From assembly GCF_009834535.1 (NCBI RefSeq), contig NC_045696.1, forward strand, positions 121,646,001 to 121,710,000: a stretch of DNA of 64,000 nucleotides, written 5' to 3'. Shown here piece by piece: positions 40,046 to 53,645 of this stretch; the first letter of the stretch is position 1; the number at the start of each line of letters is the position of its first letter. A program made the position numbers and the translations under genes. The stretch is from Camelus ferus. Taxonomy: Eukaryota. The notes under the pieces were generated by a model. That model saw only the letters and a list, made by a program, of their open reading frames with translations, had not been told where the DNA came from and searched no databases.

Positions 40046-40714
40046 ACCGCACACTCTGGGAAGACTTGGTGGGCCTGTACTGGCCTTCAGGATCCTGCCC
40101 CTATTTGTCGAGATTTCATATGCCTCACGAGGCCCAGAACAGCACCTGTCACAAGGCAGGGGCTCAGTGACGATGGCTGAGCTGACCTGCTGTGTGTTCC
40201 TAACTCCCTGCTCCCTCCACCACCATGACATCGCACACGGGCATCTGCTCTCGTTGTCAAAACATAAACAAAAGTACAAGTTAGTCTGTGTTTAACTAGA
40301 AGGCACACAAGCCACATAATCTGGCCTGAGTTCCAAAGCCTAACACACCAAGGTTCATATTGGAGCAACAACAAAGGAGGAGGGGATGACAGCTCGAAAC
40401 AGCTTGCAGAGACCTCGGGAAAACTGGGGTAATGACTCAAAATGTGCTCAGCCACGAGCAGCTGAGTCTTCCTGGTTCCAGACCTGGTAGGACTGCTTCA
40501 TAATGGGAGTGAATCAGAACTTAAGTTTTGCAGTAATTAGAAAGATTTTTTTCCTCTTGTATTAAGATATTGCTTCCCAGTTGAATTTTTTCACTTTTTA
40601 ATCCTCAGTTTCCACAAGTGGAAAATGGAGCTATTGTCATTGGAAGATCTCTTATATCCTTTCCATTCCAGCAAACTATGACTCACAAATTCAAAATTTA
40701 GCTTCTAGTGGGGG

Positions 40715-42390
40715 ACCAGGTCTCACCACTCTATTCAAGACAATGATGGAAGTTGCATTAAGGCAACAAAAGGAAACTAAAAAGCATGCAGCTTAAAGAA
40801 GAAAGAAGACAATTTTCTCTGGTTGTAGAAGATATGATTATCTATACAGAAAAATCCCAATGAATCTATATAAAAAACTTCTAGAACTAATATAGTAGGG
40901 GGTTTGCAGGATGGAAGATATTGCATGAACACACAAAAATCAATTATATTTCTACATACTGTTGATGAATACATGAATACCAAAATTTTAAAATGTAGTA
41001 CCATTTACAATAACAAAAAAGAAATACTAAAGTGTAAGTTTAACCAAATTTCTATGCTAGAAACTACAAAATTCTGATGAAAGCAAAAAAGGACCTGAAT
41101 AAATAAGAGCAGAAAAAAGTGATTAAACCATGTGGGATGTTTCAAATACAGTGCAACATAAAAAAGAAACAAAATGTGTCCTCACCATGGCCATAAGATT
41201 CACCATCAACCTTACTCCCTTGACTTTTTCCCATTTTATTCTGCACAAGTTTTTTTTTTCTTATAAACACCTATGCTCACTGAAAACATGCTCAATATCA
41301 CCAATCACAAGAGAAATCCAAACCACAATGAGCTATCACCCTACACCCATTAGGACAGCCACTACCAAACGAACAGAAGATTGCAACTGTTGGTGAAGAC
41401 GCAGAGACTGGAACGCTTGTGTTGGTGGGAATGTAAAGTAGTGCAGCCATGATGGAAAACAGTATGGAGAGTCCTCAAAAAATTACAAATGAAATTACCC
41501 TGTGATCCAGCCATCCCACTTCTGGGTATTTACCCGAAAGAATTCAAAACAGGATCTTGAAGAGCTATTTGCATGTTCACTGCAGCCGCCTGGATGTCCA
41601 CAGACAGATGAGTGGATAAAGGAACTGTGGTCTGTACCTACAATGGAATAGTATTCAGCCTTTTCAAAGAAGAAAATCATGCCCTTTTGCAACATGATGG
41701 GCCTGGAGGACATTATTCCAAGTGAAATAAGCCAAACTCAGAAGGACAAGTACTGCATGATCCCACTTTTATGCCAAACTCAGAACGAGAAAGTAGATAG
41801 AATAGTGGTTACCAGGGGCTGGGCAGAGGGGGACACGAGAGGGGCGTTGGTAAAAAGGCACAAAGTTCTAGTCAAACCAGATGAATGAATTCTGGAGATT
41901 TTCCATACAACACTGGCCTATATATAGCTGACAATATTGAACTGGATACTTAAAAATCTGCCAATTGGGTAAACCTTGTGTTCAGTGCTCATACTACAAA
42001 AGAAAAATATGTTAAAAAATAAGTAAATACATATTTAAAAATAAAGAGGGTAGGAGGAAACTTTTGGAAGTGAGGTGGTAGATGGCCTGAATGTAGTGAT
42101 AGTTTCATGGGTGTATTTCCTAATTCAAGTGATTGTATACATTGTTTATATATGTGCAGTTTTTTTTTTTTTTAATGGGAATTGTATCTCCACAAAGCAG
42201 TTTTTTTTTTAAAACGAAAGAAAAAAAGTGGTTGTGAAGGACTCGGGGAGGAAGGAATCTGTGTTTAGTGAGTACAGAGGTTCGCTCTCGAGGCCTGTTG
42301 CACCGCACTGTGAATATACTTAACGCTAATGAACTGTGCACTTAAAAATGATTATGATAAATTTTATGTTATATATTAAAAAAAAAAAAA
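40715..42390 (+). mobile_element. Cluster of old L1M fragments (ORF2 RT region, ORF2 end, 3' UTRs)
   Basis: Motifs include gatatgattatctatacagaaaaatccc, ggtgggaatgtaaagtagtgcagcc and aactgtgcacttaaaaatg. Confidence 0.82.
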
Positions 42391-43692
42391 GCCTGTGCTC
42401 TCACATTAGAAAGAACTTGAGTAACAAAGCACGCCACTTCAAAAAACCAACCACACGCACACTGTAGAAACAGCAGACGTGGCTAAGTGCATGTCTCACT
42501 TGCTGGGAGACTCCTCAACCTCCCACTCAGTGAACAGATTTTGCCTGAATGGCAGACCAAGACAAGCTTCGCCTCTAATCCAATAGCAAACCTGATGCCT
42601 CTCACTGCTTCCCGCAGGGTACACCACCACGTGACTCCCTCCATTCCCCAGATGCTCAGGGGGTCATTGATTTCAGCCCCTTTTCAGTATCCACTTAACA
42701 ACAAAGCAAATCAAGCTAATGTTATCCTCTACTTTCTGTTCTTGAAGAAGCAGCCTCTGGATTTAGCCCAGTGCACAAAGCTGCAAATCCACCGGTCCTG
42801 TGCCCAGGGCTTCTCTCCTGTGGCATGTAGTCAAGTTTTGTTAAGTCTTGAGACAGATAAGAAAGTCTGGGACTGGTGCATGTCAGGTTCACTGAAGCGG
42901 GGAGGAGGGACAAAGAACATCCCAGCGCGTGGACGCTGAAACTCTCTGATACAACCAAATCCTGCTTTGCCCCGGTGTTCACCTCGGTGGATGCTGAAGA
43001 TGAGGATAGTGGTATTCAGACTTAATCTCTCATTTTCTCAGGAGCCTCCCTGCCAGGCAGCAACCAAGAGAAGGATTTCTGGCTCCCTTGGGGCCTCTCT
43101 TCACAACCTCACCCTTACCTCTCTCTGTATTCTGCTTCCTCTGTTCCCTGGCACTCACCACCGTCCAGCCAGGAACCCGCTGGGTCATGTCTGTTTAGAA
43201 CTCCTTTATATCTGAAATAACACCAGTGTATATCAAATCATTTTTTCTTACTGCAAATATATATTTTTTTAATTTCTCTTTAAGCTTTTCTTAGCAGCTT
43301 CAGACCTAAGACTCTCTCCTCTACATAAGAGGGAGACGCAGTCGAGCCAGCTCTGTTCCATCACTGTGACCTTTGAGCAAAGCCCTGCATCTTCAGCACA
43401 TCCGACCTTCGTCAGCAGATGGAAAGAATCTCTCAAGACCCCTCCAACTTCAAACATCCTGTTCAAAACAAACTTCTAAATAACCCTCTAAATACACTCA
43501 GAGAAGCTTCATCTTCAGAGGAGCCGAAGTAAATATCTCCAGAAGCAAATACTTAGACTTCTGCACATTTTCAAAGATGTGCCCCACAGACATAGCTGTG
43601 TGACAGCTTATTCCAGAATGAAGCTCAGAACAAATTCAATATTCAATCACTGTTACTAAATTAATTCTAATTTTTAGCATATTGTTTACATG

Positions 43693-44363
43693 TTTTTTTT
43701 TCATTGTGAATACTATTTTATTTAGTTATTTTTGTTTCCAACTGAAACTCTGGAAATTCAAAACTCACATCCTTGCCCGTGAGCTTGTTGTAGACACAAG
43801 AAAGTATCTCACCCTTGTGCTGCACGTCTTTCTGCCACGCTTTATCCAAATGGACCATTATGAGCCGGCTGCCGTCCAGCCCCACGCAGAGCCTCTTGCC
43901 CGCGGTCTCACTCTGGAAGGCCGGGTCCTCCACGATGGCCTCGTGCACGGCCATCAGAGCGCAGCTCCTGGGACGCTTTTGCTTATTTTTGGTGTGGCTT
44001 TTTTGAGCTGGCTTAGGCAGAATTCTCCTCTGAGCAACAAACACAACGTGCTTCCCGCTGAACTTTTCCTCCAACTCGCGCACTAGCCGGACTTGGATTT
44101 TCTGGAAAGATTTCAGTTGAGGGACCAGAACAAAGATTATAATAGCTTTCCGGCCACCACCAGCTTCAGTTTCCTTGGCCGCGGTGATGCTCAGCTCCCG
44201 CAGCTGCGCCTTGAGGTCTTAGTTCATCTCCAGCTCCAGGAGGGCCTGGGAGATGCCGGACTCGAACCTGTCTGGCTTCTCGCCATTGGGCTTCACCATC
44301 TTCCCGCTGAACATGGCCTTGACCTTGGCGGGTGCAGGCAGCACTGGCTGCCTCGGCAGACAC
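43693..44363 (-). pseudogene. RPS7: Processed pseudogene of ribosomal protein S7 (eS7)
   Basis: ATG at 44314 gives [40 protein letters not shown]...[16 protein letters not shown], intronless. It has a premature TAA (44219-44221), a 2-codon N-terminal deletion and the native stop changed to GAA (43736-43738). AATAAA lies at 43717-43722 and an A9 tail at 43693-43701. An approximately 17-bp TSD is ttgtttacatgtttttt (43682-43698) / ttgtctacatggttttt (44364-44380). Confidence 0.97.
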
Positions 44364-44411
44364 TTGTCTACATGGTTTTTGACCCTTTATTTTTATTTTG
44401 ATAATCTTGGG

Positions 44412-44510
44412 TTTTTTTTTTTTTTTTTTAATGGAGGCACTCTGGATTGAACCCAGGACCTCATGCAAGCTAAGCATACACTCTACCACTGGGCTGTGCC
44501 TCTCCTCCCA
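44412..44510 (-). mobile_element. Vic-1-type SINE next to the RPS7 retrocopy
   Basis: Antisense head with T tail; flanks gataatcttg / gacaatcttg. Confidence 0.88.
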
Positions 44511-45089
44511 GACAATCTTGTTTTTAATGCAAACCGCCTCAGCCCTGGTTGAGTGTGTGACATATAAACTGTAAGGAGATAATTAAACTGTCCTGGTAGC
44601 TCTGCAGGCAAACTACTTCAGGTAAAAACTCCTTTACTGTGTCACCTGGAAACAGCAAATCAAAGCATCATATATTAATGTTGCTGGGAAGTGCACAGTT
44701 CTCAGAGGGCCCTGATTGACTTTTGGGAAGTGAAGCAAGCTTAGAAAAACACCAGCGTAAAGTTTTTGCTGAGCTGACCAACTTCACACAGACTGAAATA
44801 GCTTCACTCTTTGTACGTAAGAAAACTCCCTCATCTCCCTGGGTCCTCCACCCCGCCTCACTTTTGTGAGGGATGTCGGACGCAAATTTCCATCCAGTCC
44901 CTTCAACAAGGACCAAGGTTGTGTGTGTCACTTTATTACCAGTCTCTATGCCCAGAAACAGGAATCTGGATTCATGCTCCAAAACCAAACCCAGGGGCCA
45001 AACTCTGCTCCCCGTGGACGGGTGGTCCACATGTCTCCTGCCTCCTTTACCAAACCTCCTGGCATTACCTTGGAGTCTGTTTCTTGCAG

Positions 45090-46040
45090 ACAAAGAAGAG
45101 TTACTCAGAGGGTACAACTGAGAGCCCAGAGAGCAGACGCAAGAGCCACGGAATTAATATTCCCAGGTGGCAGCACTGAGCCCTAGTAAGCAATCCGTCA
45201 CGTGTGCCTCGCTGGGTTTCAGAACTGCTATGGCCCAGCGGCTGCTAAGTGCCTCCTGTTTTCCCTCTTCTTGAATGGGAATGTCTGCTGCAGCTGCCCA
45301 TGCCTGTACCACCAGACAGCATCAGTCTCTTCAGTTCTCAGGTCTTCAGACTCAGACAGATGCTACTCAGGGAGCTGGGTTTGAGGAGCCAGACCCAGGG
45401 AGCCTCACTGGCACCTAGACCTCGAGGCTGAACCTGATTTCACAATGGGGTGAGACTTCTGTAGGGACTTGGGAGGAGGAAACCTATTTTCCATCTGGGA
45501 GGAATGTAAGTAATTGTGGCCAGAGGATACTCTGATGTAAAACATGACCCCTCACGTCTGTGTCACTTCTCGGATTGTAAAGTGGTGTCTGTGTCCCCTC
45601 CACTTGACTCTGACCAGGGCCTGGGGCTTGTACATCCCTGCAGAAGTGGTGCTGTGTGACTTCCAAGGTTAGGCCAGAAAGGGACCCGCCGCTTCCCCCT
45701 GCTTCTCTGGGGCTTCTTGCTCTGGGACCCCAGCCCCATGCTGTGAGGAAGCCCAGGCGGCCATGTGGGAGGGTCATGTGTAGGCATTCAGGCCAACCGG
45801 CCAAGCTGAAGTCCAACAGCAAGACATGTGAGTGAGCAGGACTGTAGGTCATTCCAGCCCAGGCTGTCAAGTCCTCCCCAGCTTTCAAGTCTTCCCAGCT
45901 GAGCCCCAGACAACGTGGACCAGAGATAAGCCCTGCCCATCCTGCTCTTTCCAAATTCCTAACATGAGCATAACACAGTAACTTTTGTTTACACCAGTAA
46001 CTTTGGCTGGTTTATTACGCTGCAACACGTAACTGGAGGT
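45090..46040 (+). mobile_element. MLT1 internal 3' end plus LTR (MaLR)
   Basis: ctgggtttcagaactgctatggcccag...attgtggccagagg, then LTR motifs gtgacttccaaggttagg, ccatgctgtgaggaagcccagg. Confidence 0.75.
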
Positions 46041-47899
46041 GCCTGTCCATACTCACCGTCTGTACTTCAGCTGTTGGGACATTCCATCGCTTCGCGCCTC
46101 ACCCGGGACTGGAGATGGCAATGCCCTGGGGTCCTGGTCCTTTCCCAGCTTGCGGGCCACCCCCCACCACCATCCCAACACACAAAGCTAAGATCCAGGC
46201 CCCATCCTTCCCCTAACTTGCTCTGATTGTACATGGCAAACCGCACTGCTGCCTGGATGAAACCCAAGATAGCACAGACACAAGGGTGAGTGGCGATCGT
46301 GGGAGGTACATAAGGGAAAGAAAGGCGCAGTCTAACAGCTACCCCTTGGCAGCGTGGTCTGGCGAGCAGAGCATGAGACTGCTGAATTTTGGGTTTTGTT
46401 TTCGCTTGTCCTGGCGCCTCTATCTGGAGAGTTACGTCTCATCTCCAGTTTCCTGCTGGTCTAGCACAAGGACCAGTGAGCAGGGGATGGAGAGCTTCTG
46501 GCAAATCTCCAGCCTCACTTGGCAGAACTCCAAGCCAGATGCCATTGCTCCAGACCCCTCTCTAGACAAGCCAAGACTCCAGTAGCAACAACTTTCTCAC
46601 GTGTGCCTATTTCCAGGCCAGCACCCACCACCCCTTCTACACACGTGGCCTCCGTCTCCTTTGGGTCTGAGATCTCAAGGCTCCGTGGACGTGAGATGCT
46701 GTCCTCCCAAAATGGAGTCTGGCACTCAGCCCCTGGTCCTCATTCCGCCAGCCGATGCCATTAGTGCTCCTCTCACTGCAGAGCCACAGGTCACACATGT
46801 ACAGCAACAGCCCCTCACATGGATGCCAGTGATGCCAACAAGAGGACCGAGGGTCGGGGGAGGGCTCGGCTTAGATGAAGTAACCGCTAGACTCACTAGC
46901 TCACTAGGCTCACTGCTAAGGGAGGCGGCAGCAACCCCCTCTCACTGGCCTGAGATCGTGAATAGCATCCCAGAATCAGGGACAAGGCAACCACGGAGGG
47001 CAATGTGGCAACCCGGGCAGCGGGTGGTGAGACTCAGAAGAAAAAGTGGAAGTGGACAGATGGTGGATTCTGCACCCGAGAGCAGATTCTGCAGGTTGAC
47101 ATGGCTGGCACACAGATTCTAAATGGAACTTGGTAAACAGCAAGTTGTTTGACCACAGTCCGACCTTGGCCTCTGCAAGGTCTTGACTCTTTGCTTTGCT
47201 TTCACTCATGTTTCTTTACTTTCCAAGAACTTCAGAAGGAGGTTAGGTAGTGGGGGGAGGAAGGGAGCGACAGACTGAGAATTTAAGTCCTAGATCTAAA
47301 CTGTGAAACCCTAAAATACCGCCAGTTATAAAAAGATGTCCCACTTCCCAGAACCCAGCTCTGTAAATAGTGTTCAGAAGTCAGGAGACTTGCAGAGATT
47401 TGGTTTGGCTGCTGAAATTTCTACATTTCTTAGTGCCACCCTCTTTGGTTTTCAGTCTCTCAAATTCTAAATTAATGGGGACATCTGCTTTGAGCAAATA
47501 TAGTCAGAGCTGTCTTGCCACCACCAGTCTGCAGTCATAAAATCAAAGGAAGAAAAAGAAGTAAAAAGAACAACTCGGAACCGCGTTTCCCAACAGCCCC
47601 ATCCTGCCCCCTCCCACCGTGTCTCAACCTCAAGACATAAGTCATCGGCCAAACACACTTCATAGGAGACATCAGCCCCAATCCTGTTTGTGCTGGAGCC
47701 ACTCAGAAATCACCGAGGTTTGGTCAGAAGAGTAAATAAAAGCAATGAAAACTTTGTGAACACAAACTACGCTCAAGGATTCTGTCTGTCTCCAGCCAGG
47801 TAGGCTGCATGAGACTCTAATGATGAGAGTCTAACTCCTGAGCAGTGGGCACCCAGCTCCCGGCCTGACAGTCATCAGGTCCCCCCAACTTGGCTCTAG

Positions 47900-48085
47900 G
47901 CCAGCACTGTCCACTGGAAATGGAATGCAGACTGCAAATGTCACCACCATATAAAAGTTTACATTTTCTAGTAGCTGCATTTAAGGAAAAAAAATAAAAA
48001 GACACAGGTGAAATTAATTTTCACAATATAGTTGAATCCAATATGTGAAAAACATTATCATTTCAGTATGTAATCAGTATATGGC
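47900..48085. mobile_element. MER3/MER33-like hAT remnant
   Basis: cagcactgtcca...acattttctagtagctgcatt...aggtgaaattaatttt. Confidence 0.65.
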
Positions 48086-48195
48086 ACCACATAGCTAGTG
48101 GGTAGGGAAGCCTGCCCTTTTTATGACTAAATACATTCCTTTCTTAAAGAAAGTGTCTCTCCTGCATAAAGCAGCTGAAATGGGACCCCCGGAAG

Positions 48196-48386
48196 TCAGT
48201 TTGCCATGTAAAATACAAGACAATATTAAAATACAAGACAATAATAAATCCGAATTCCAGATAAATAATGAATAGTTTTTTCAATCTAAGGAGGTCCCAA
48301 ATATTACACAATTTTTTCATCATTTGTCTGAAATTCAAATTTACCTGGGCTTTCTATACTTTTACGTGGGAAATCTAGCAACCCTG
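48196..48386. mobile_element. MER53-like palindromic hAT element
   Basis: Imperfect terminal repeats cagtttgcca ... tagcaaccctg; inverted gaattccagataaa / tttgtctgaaattc. Confidence 0.7.
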
Positions 48387-50960
48387 AAAGGCACAATTAG
48401 AAATGAGTCCTTCTTTAGCCAAAAGAGAGCCTAGAAGGGCCCAGGAACGCAGCTCCATCCCATCAGGACCCCAGTTAAGGTAATGAGAGGGGACAAGTCA
48501 TCATAGGCCAGGAGAGGTAGGAAGGTGTGTTCTGCCTGGTCCAGCACCGACAGGAATGTCCTGGCAATCCTACAGGAAAGAGGAAGGAAGTGGGGACAGA
48601 GGGAGAAAACACAGCTGGTGCTTGAGGCGCCAGGAAGGCAGAGGCAGGCCTCCCGGGAGAGCGCTGTGCTGGGCTGAGCGCCCACTGTTAAGGGCGCGCC
48701 CCAGGGGCACCTGCAGGAAGGTGCACAGGCTGCGCAGTGGGTGGTGCTGACACTCTGAAGCCGCCGGCTCTCCACCCTGCTTTCATCTTCCCTTTCTGTT
48801 AACTTTGCAGAATACCTGTACATCCCAGGGAAAAACCTACATTTGGCAAGACCTTGATCTTGACTTTGCACCTGCAGCTTCCCAATTTTCTGTGGGTTTT
48901 CTTTACTAACAAAGTCGTCTTTTATTTTTATTTTCTGCACTGAGGGCTCCTGCCATGGGTGAGGAGAGACAAGTATGGCGTTTGTTCAATTTATCGGATG
49001 TTCCCTTGTGTTGCTCCAAGTGAGAGGGATGAAACGTGCCCCCCAGCAAATTCCTAAAAACTCCAAAACTGTAACCTGGCTCAGGGACCCGGGGTTTACA
49101 GAAACTGAAGTGAGATGTGTTTTCAGGTGGGCTACGTGTTGAGCACTTGTAAGGCTCGAAAGTAAAATCCAGAGGGTCTGACACAGTAGATCAGGGTGGG
49201 ACTGGAGAATCTGCGTGTTTAACCATTTCCCAGGTGGTGCTGACGCCGCTGGTCCAGGGACCACACTTGGAGAACCGCTGCCTCAGACGACGAGAGAGCT
49301 TCCACAGGGACTTAAGGAGCACCTGTTGAGACTTTGGTTCTGTTCTCAGATTCCTCAGACTGGAAACCCAGAGAAGATACGCTGCATTGGCAGCGGTCCT
49401 GCAGAGCCAGGGCCTCCCTTGCTGCTATCGACGGTGCTCTTGAGTGACGTGGGTCTTCACATCGTGAGTCCGATGGTTTATTTGGGGCTTTGGAGGTTGG
49501 AGGAGGAAGAGCCTCAGAGGTGATGCTTTAAGAGCAGATATCCCAAGCAAGATGCTTGTCACTCTTTGCTCACTTCTGCCCCCTCCACCCACCATTGTGC
49601 TTCCTTCTAATCAGCCCTGAGTTTCCCTAGTCTGTCCCTCAGCCTCAGCCTCCAGCCAATCTCTGCCTGGATTGCAGGAGGGGTATCTTCCCTAGCCAGC
49701 CCTCTAGACAATGGACACCCAAAAAGTTCACTTTCAGGAACAGGAAGACTTCCTGCTCTTTCCTGAGCACGGTGGTGAGGGGCCCCACTTGGCAGTGCCA
49801 CCATCCCTTCCCTGGGTTCAGTAGTTCCACCCCCGTCTGGAAGGAGAGAGCATTGCACCTATCAGCCCAGAACAAATGCAGAAGATGGAACTCTGCTTAA
49901 GGGCAATCACAACTGAGATTTTCAGCACTTCTAAAGCATTTCCATTTTCTAACCTCTCGGGAGGCTACTACCTCTGTCTCCATCAGCCTATCCACGGCCT
50001 TCCCAGGAATTCCATCCCATTAGAGAGGAAAGACATCCTGTCCACCTAGGTCCCCCTTGCCCATCCGCCCAAGAAGGAAAAACACTTTTCTTTTAAGGAC
50101 TTAATAACTAAATTAAATGGAGTTGTAAGGGATGTCCAAGATCAAACATAAAGAAGCCACAGAGGGTCAAAACACCTAGCGTTGGTCCCTGTTCTGCTCC
50201 AAGACACCCAGACACCCTCTCTGCCCTCTTTTAATCCCCAAGGATACAGAGCATCCAAAAGCACCTTCTCTTGTCCAGAGACACCATGTTTCCATGAAAA
50301 TACCTCAACCCAGAGCCTTTCATTTTGGTCAGAAAGGAAGTTTAGGGCAGATCAGGAACGGTGAACTATGGTGACATTGTGCTGCCTTCTCATCTGAGGT
50401 GGAAACATTCCTCATGGGCACTTGAAAAGGGTCTTTGAGAGCCATGGAGAAGCAGAACGCTGGCTGCAGCAAAGACCTCAATTTCCACTAAGTCTCTGCT
50501 GGGCGCTTTAAGATTTATATAATTTGCAATACACATTTATTAGCAATAATTGGTTTAGTTCTGTAACACAAAGGTAGGGCTTGCCTTTATGTCTTCAAAT
50601 ACCAACTTCCTCCCACCTTCGAGGTAGAGATAGTTTGTTAAACCTTCCCCTGTGCTGGCTCTATACTTCAAGCACCCTTCAGTTCTGACACATATCATCC
50701 TGCAATATACTATTGTTTACCTGTATGTTTCTTCATCATCTGGAGATGATCAACTCCTCCTGGCAGGAATCGGACTCATCTCTAGTTCATTAACCAGTCC
50801 TGGCTCGGAGTGGGCAGTCAGTCATATCTGCATTGAACTGAACCATTCTCAGACTTTCATAGGTAGAGACATATGTCTGTGGGGTAGATTTAATGCTGCC
50901 CCAGGCAGTGCTGATTTATTATGCCACAGTTCATTTCAGAAATACTATTATACATGATAT

Positions 50961-51510
50961 TGAAGGAGTCACAGAATGGCTTCCCTGATGCTAAGACAGC
51001 TTACAGAGTTTCCTGTGATGGATTCACTTCTTTTCTCAGAGTTCTAACTGACTAACTGGTTTTCCTCCTTGCTACTGCTATTGTTTAACTTGCTCGAATG
51101 GTTACGTGCTTAGCAACCCAACCCTGATTTACACCCTTCCCTAAACAACTTGTATCCAAAACCCAGAGGCTGTTTTCCAGAAAGGTCACAGAACGATAAC
51201 CTTGAAGGAATGGCCAGGGCCTCCAAAAGCCCTTGTGACACCAGTGGGGTCAGACCTGACAACGCCAAGGCCTCGGGACCAGAAATTCCCAACACAAGAT
51301 AAACTTCAGTAAAAGCCTCTACTGTTCCTTATCACTGATGTGCTCGGTCCCGTCTGCCTATATAATCACCAAGTCCCAGCCCTGGGATGGAGGCACAGTC
51401 TCTAAGGCATGAGCCCACTGCAGTGAAGTGGCTCTCTTCTTTGCTCCCAAGACTCTGTCTCCACGTTTGAATTCGCTTTTTGGGGTGCAGAGGCTGATTT
51501 TCTGGCAACC
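50961..51510 (+). mobile_element. ERV1-type solo LTR with 4-bp TSD
   Basis: Starts TGAAGGAG and ends tttctggcaacc; TSD ATAT (50957-50960 / 51511-51514). The U5 resembles that of the 21 kb and 29 kb LTRs. Confidence 0.8.
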
Positions 51511-52131
51511 ATATGCATGAGTAGCATGCAGTTAATTTACGTTTTCCTATGGTCAGACACCTGGTAGCGTCCACAGCAACCCTAACAGGATTTTCTGTAC
51601 TGATGGAAATAGCCTATGTCTGCGCTGCCCAGTACAGTAGCCCCTTGTTTTCTGAAGCTGATAAACTCTTGAAATGTGGCTAGTGAGACTAGGAAGTGAA
51701 TTTTAATATAATTTTATTTTTATTGATTTAAATGTAAATAGCCACGTGTAGCTAGCTAGTGGCTACCTTAGCAGAAAACAGAGGTCTATGATATGCTATT
51801 TTAATGCTCTCACCCAGAAGGCAAATTCAACTTACTTCACTTTAGAGAGAAGCCTGGCAAGCTGGTGTCTGCTGGGCAGAGGAGTTCCAAGTGGGCGGTG
51901 GGTGGGTGGGGTCATCAGCTGAGGCACAGAGAAGTGTTTTTGTCAGTAACACTGTTTAGAATTACTGCATGGTGATAATAAAAAGCAGACTAACTTTGAG
52001 TTTTATTATTATTTTTAAACTCTTTATAGACAATGCATCCAGCCCTTGCCAGCACCCAGAGGGGACCACTCCCACCACTACCCCTGATAGGGCACCATCT
52101 TTAGTCTTTGAGTTTCTTCTTGACCTCACAA

Positions 52132-52672
52132 TGAGACAGGAGGGAAGGGGCAGGGCACAACCATTAAAAGAATGATACAGCTATTGAGGATAGGACATAA
52201 ACTGGTTAGAACCAACCAGGCCCAAGATGGCAGAAGATTCAAATCCTAGTAGACTGTGAGCCTCATTATAGGCTCATTGTAATACTTTAGCTGCTAAGTG
52301 ACACACCCGCGGGCACCATGACAGTTCCAAGGCTACAAAAGGCCGAAGAGTGGGCCATGCTCCAATTCCAGGAAATCCCCGCCCCTTCCTCAAACAGAAG
52401 GAAAAATATTCCTACTTGTTAGGACATTAATTACTGAGCCCATAAAAATGGAGCACTCCCACCCCCCTGGGCTGGATGACCCATGCCCTGGGGCCGCCTC
52501 TTGCCTTCTGAGATGGTCCACACTCTGTCTATGGAGTATATGTCTCTCTGAATAAACCTACTTTCTCCACTATTGCTCGCTCTTGAATTCTTTCTTGTGT
52601 GAAGCCAAGCACCCTCACTCGGTGGGGTGCGTCTTGTCATAGCCATCCTCTTGTGCCCCATTTTTCCTAATG
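52132..52672 (+). mobile_element. ERV1-type LTR
   Basis: Starts tgagacaggagggaaggggcagggcac (nearly the same start as the minus-strand LTR ending at 63392); AATAAA at about 52551. Confidence 0.78.
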
Positions 52673-52910
52673 CGATTTGGGAAAGGAGGACAGGTAAACA
52701 GGCACGCTCTGCCACCCATCTTGAGCAGGAAATTTCATTATTACTCTTACTATTGACAGGCAAGAAAAAATTCCTGACACCGAGAATACAGCAAATGAGA
52801 TGGGGCGCTACCCATGTGAAGTTCCCCTAAGCTGAGAGATCCTACCTGATGTCAGCAGACTCAACTCATCTGCTGATTCACCACAGCTGCACGGCTCAAA
52901 GTGAGCATCC

Positions 52911-53465
52911 GGGGGTGGGAAGGGATAAATCAGGGAGTTTGAGACTTGCAAAAGTTAACCACTATATATATAAAAATAGATAAAAAACAGATTTCTTCTG
53001 TATAGCACAGGGAACTAGATTCAATATCTTGTAATAGCCTTTAATGAAAAAGAAAATGAAAACAAATATATGTATGCATATGCATGACTGGGACATTGTG
53101 CTGTGCACCAGAAACTGACATATTGTAACTGACTCTTCTTCAATAAAAAAGAATGAAATAATGCCATTTGCAGCATCAGTGAACCTAGAGATTTTCATAG
53201 TCAGTGATGTAAGTCAGAAAGAGTAATGCAAATTTGGTATAACACTTAAGATGTGGTATCTAAAATATGATAGAGATGAACTTACTTACAAACATAAACA
53301 GAGTCACAGACATAGAAAACAAACATTTTTACCAAAGGGGAAATGGGATCGGGGAAGGACACTTTAGGAGTTTGGAATTAGCAGATACAAATTTTTATAC
53401 ACAAAACAGATAAAAAACAACATCCTACTGTATAGCAGAGGGAACTACATTCCGTATTTTATAAT
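52911..53465 (+). mobile_element. Two abutting L1 3' fragments
   Basis: A younger tail at 52911-53150 is followed directly by an older ORF2-end/UTR piece at 53150-53465. Confidence 0.85.
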
Positions 53466-53590
53466 GGGGGGAGGATACAGCTCAGTGGTAGAGTGCATGC
53501 CTAGCATGCATGAGGTCCTGGGTTCAGTTCCTCGTACCTCCACAAAATAAATAAATAAACCTAATTACCCCCAACACCGACACCGACACC

Positions 53591-53627
<37 letters not shown>

Positions 53628-53645
53628 AAAAGAAACAAACAAAAA
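53466..53645 (+). mobile_element. Vic-1-type SINE with (CA)n-expanded tail
   Basis: ggggggaggatacagctcagtggtagagtgcatgcctagcatgc...aaacctaattaccccc, then CA repeats. Confidence 0.88.

Noticed and set aside
43718..44083. 121-aa ORF as a functional RPS7-like CDS
   Set aside because: It is the downstream part of the retrocopy after a premature stop, and it starts at an internal GTG.
44051..44312. Identical 13-mer (TTCAGCGGGAAG core) at the RPS7 N-terminus and internally
   Set aside because: Explained by a 6-nt deletion between AGC repeats plus point change; no need to invoke template switching.
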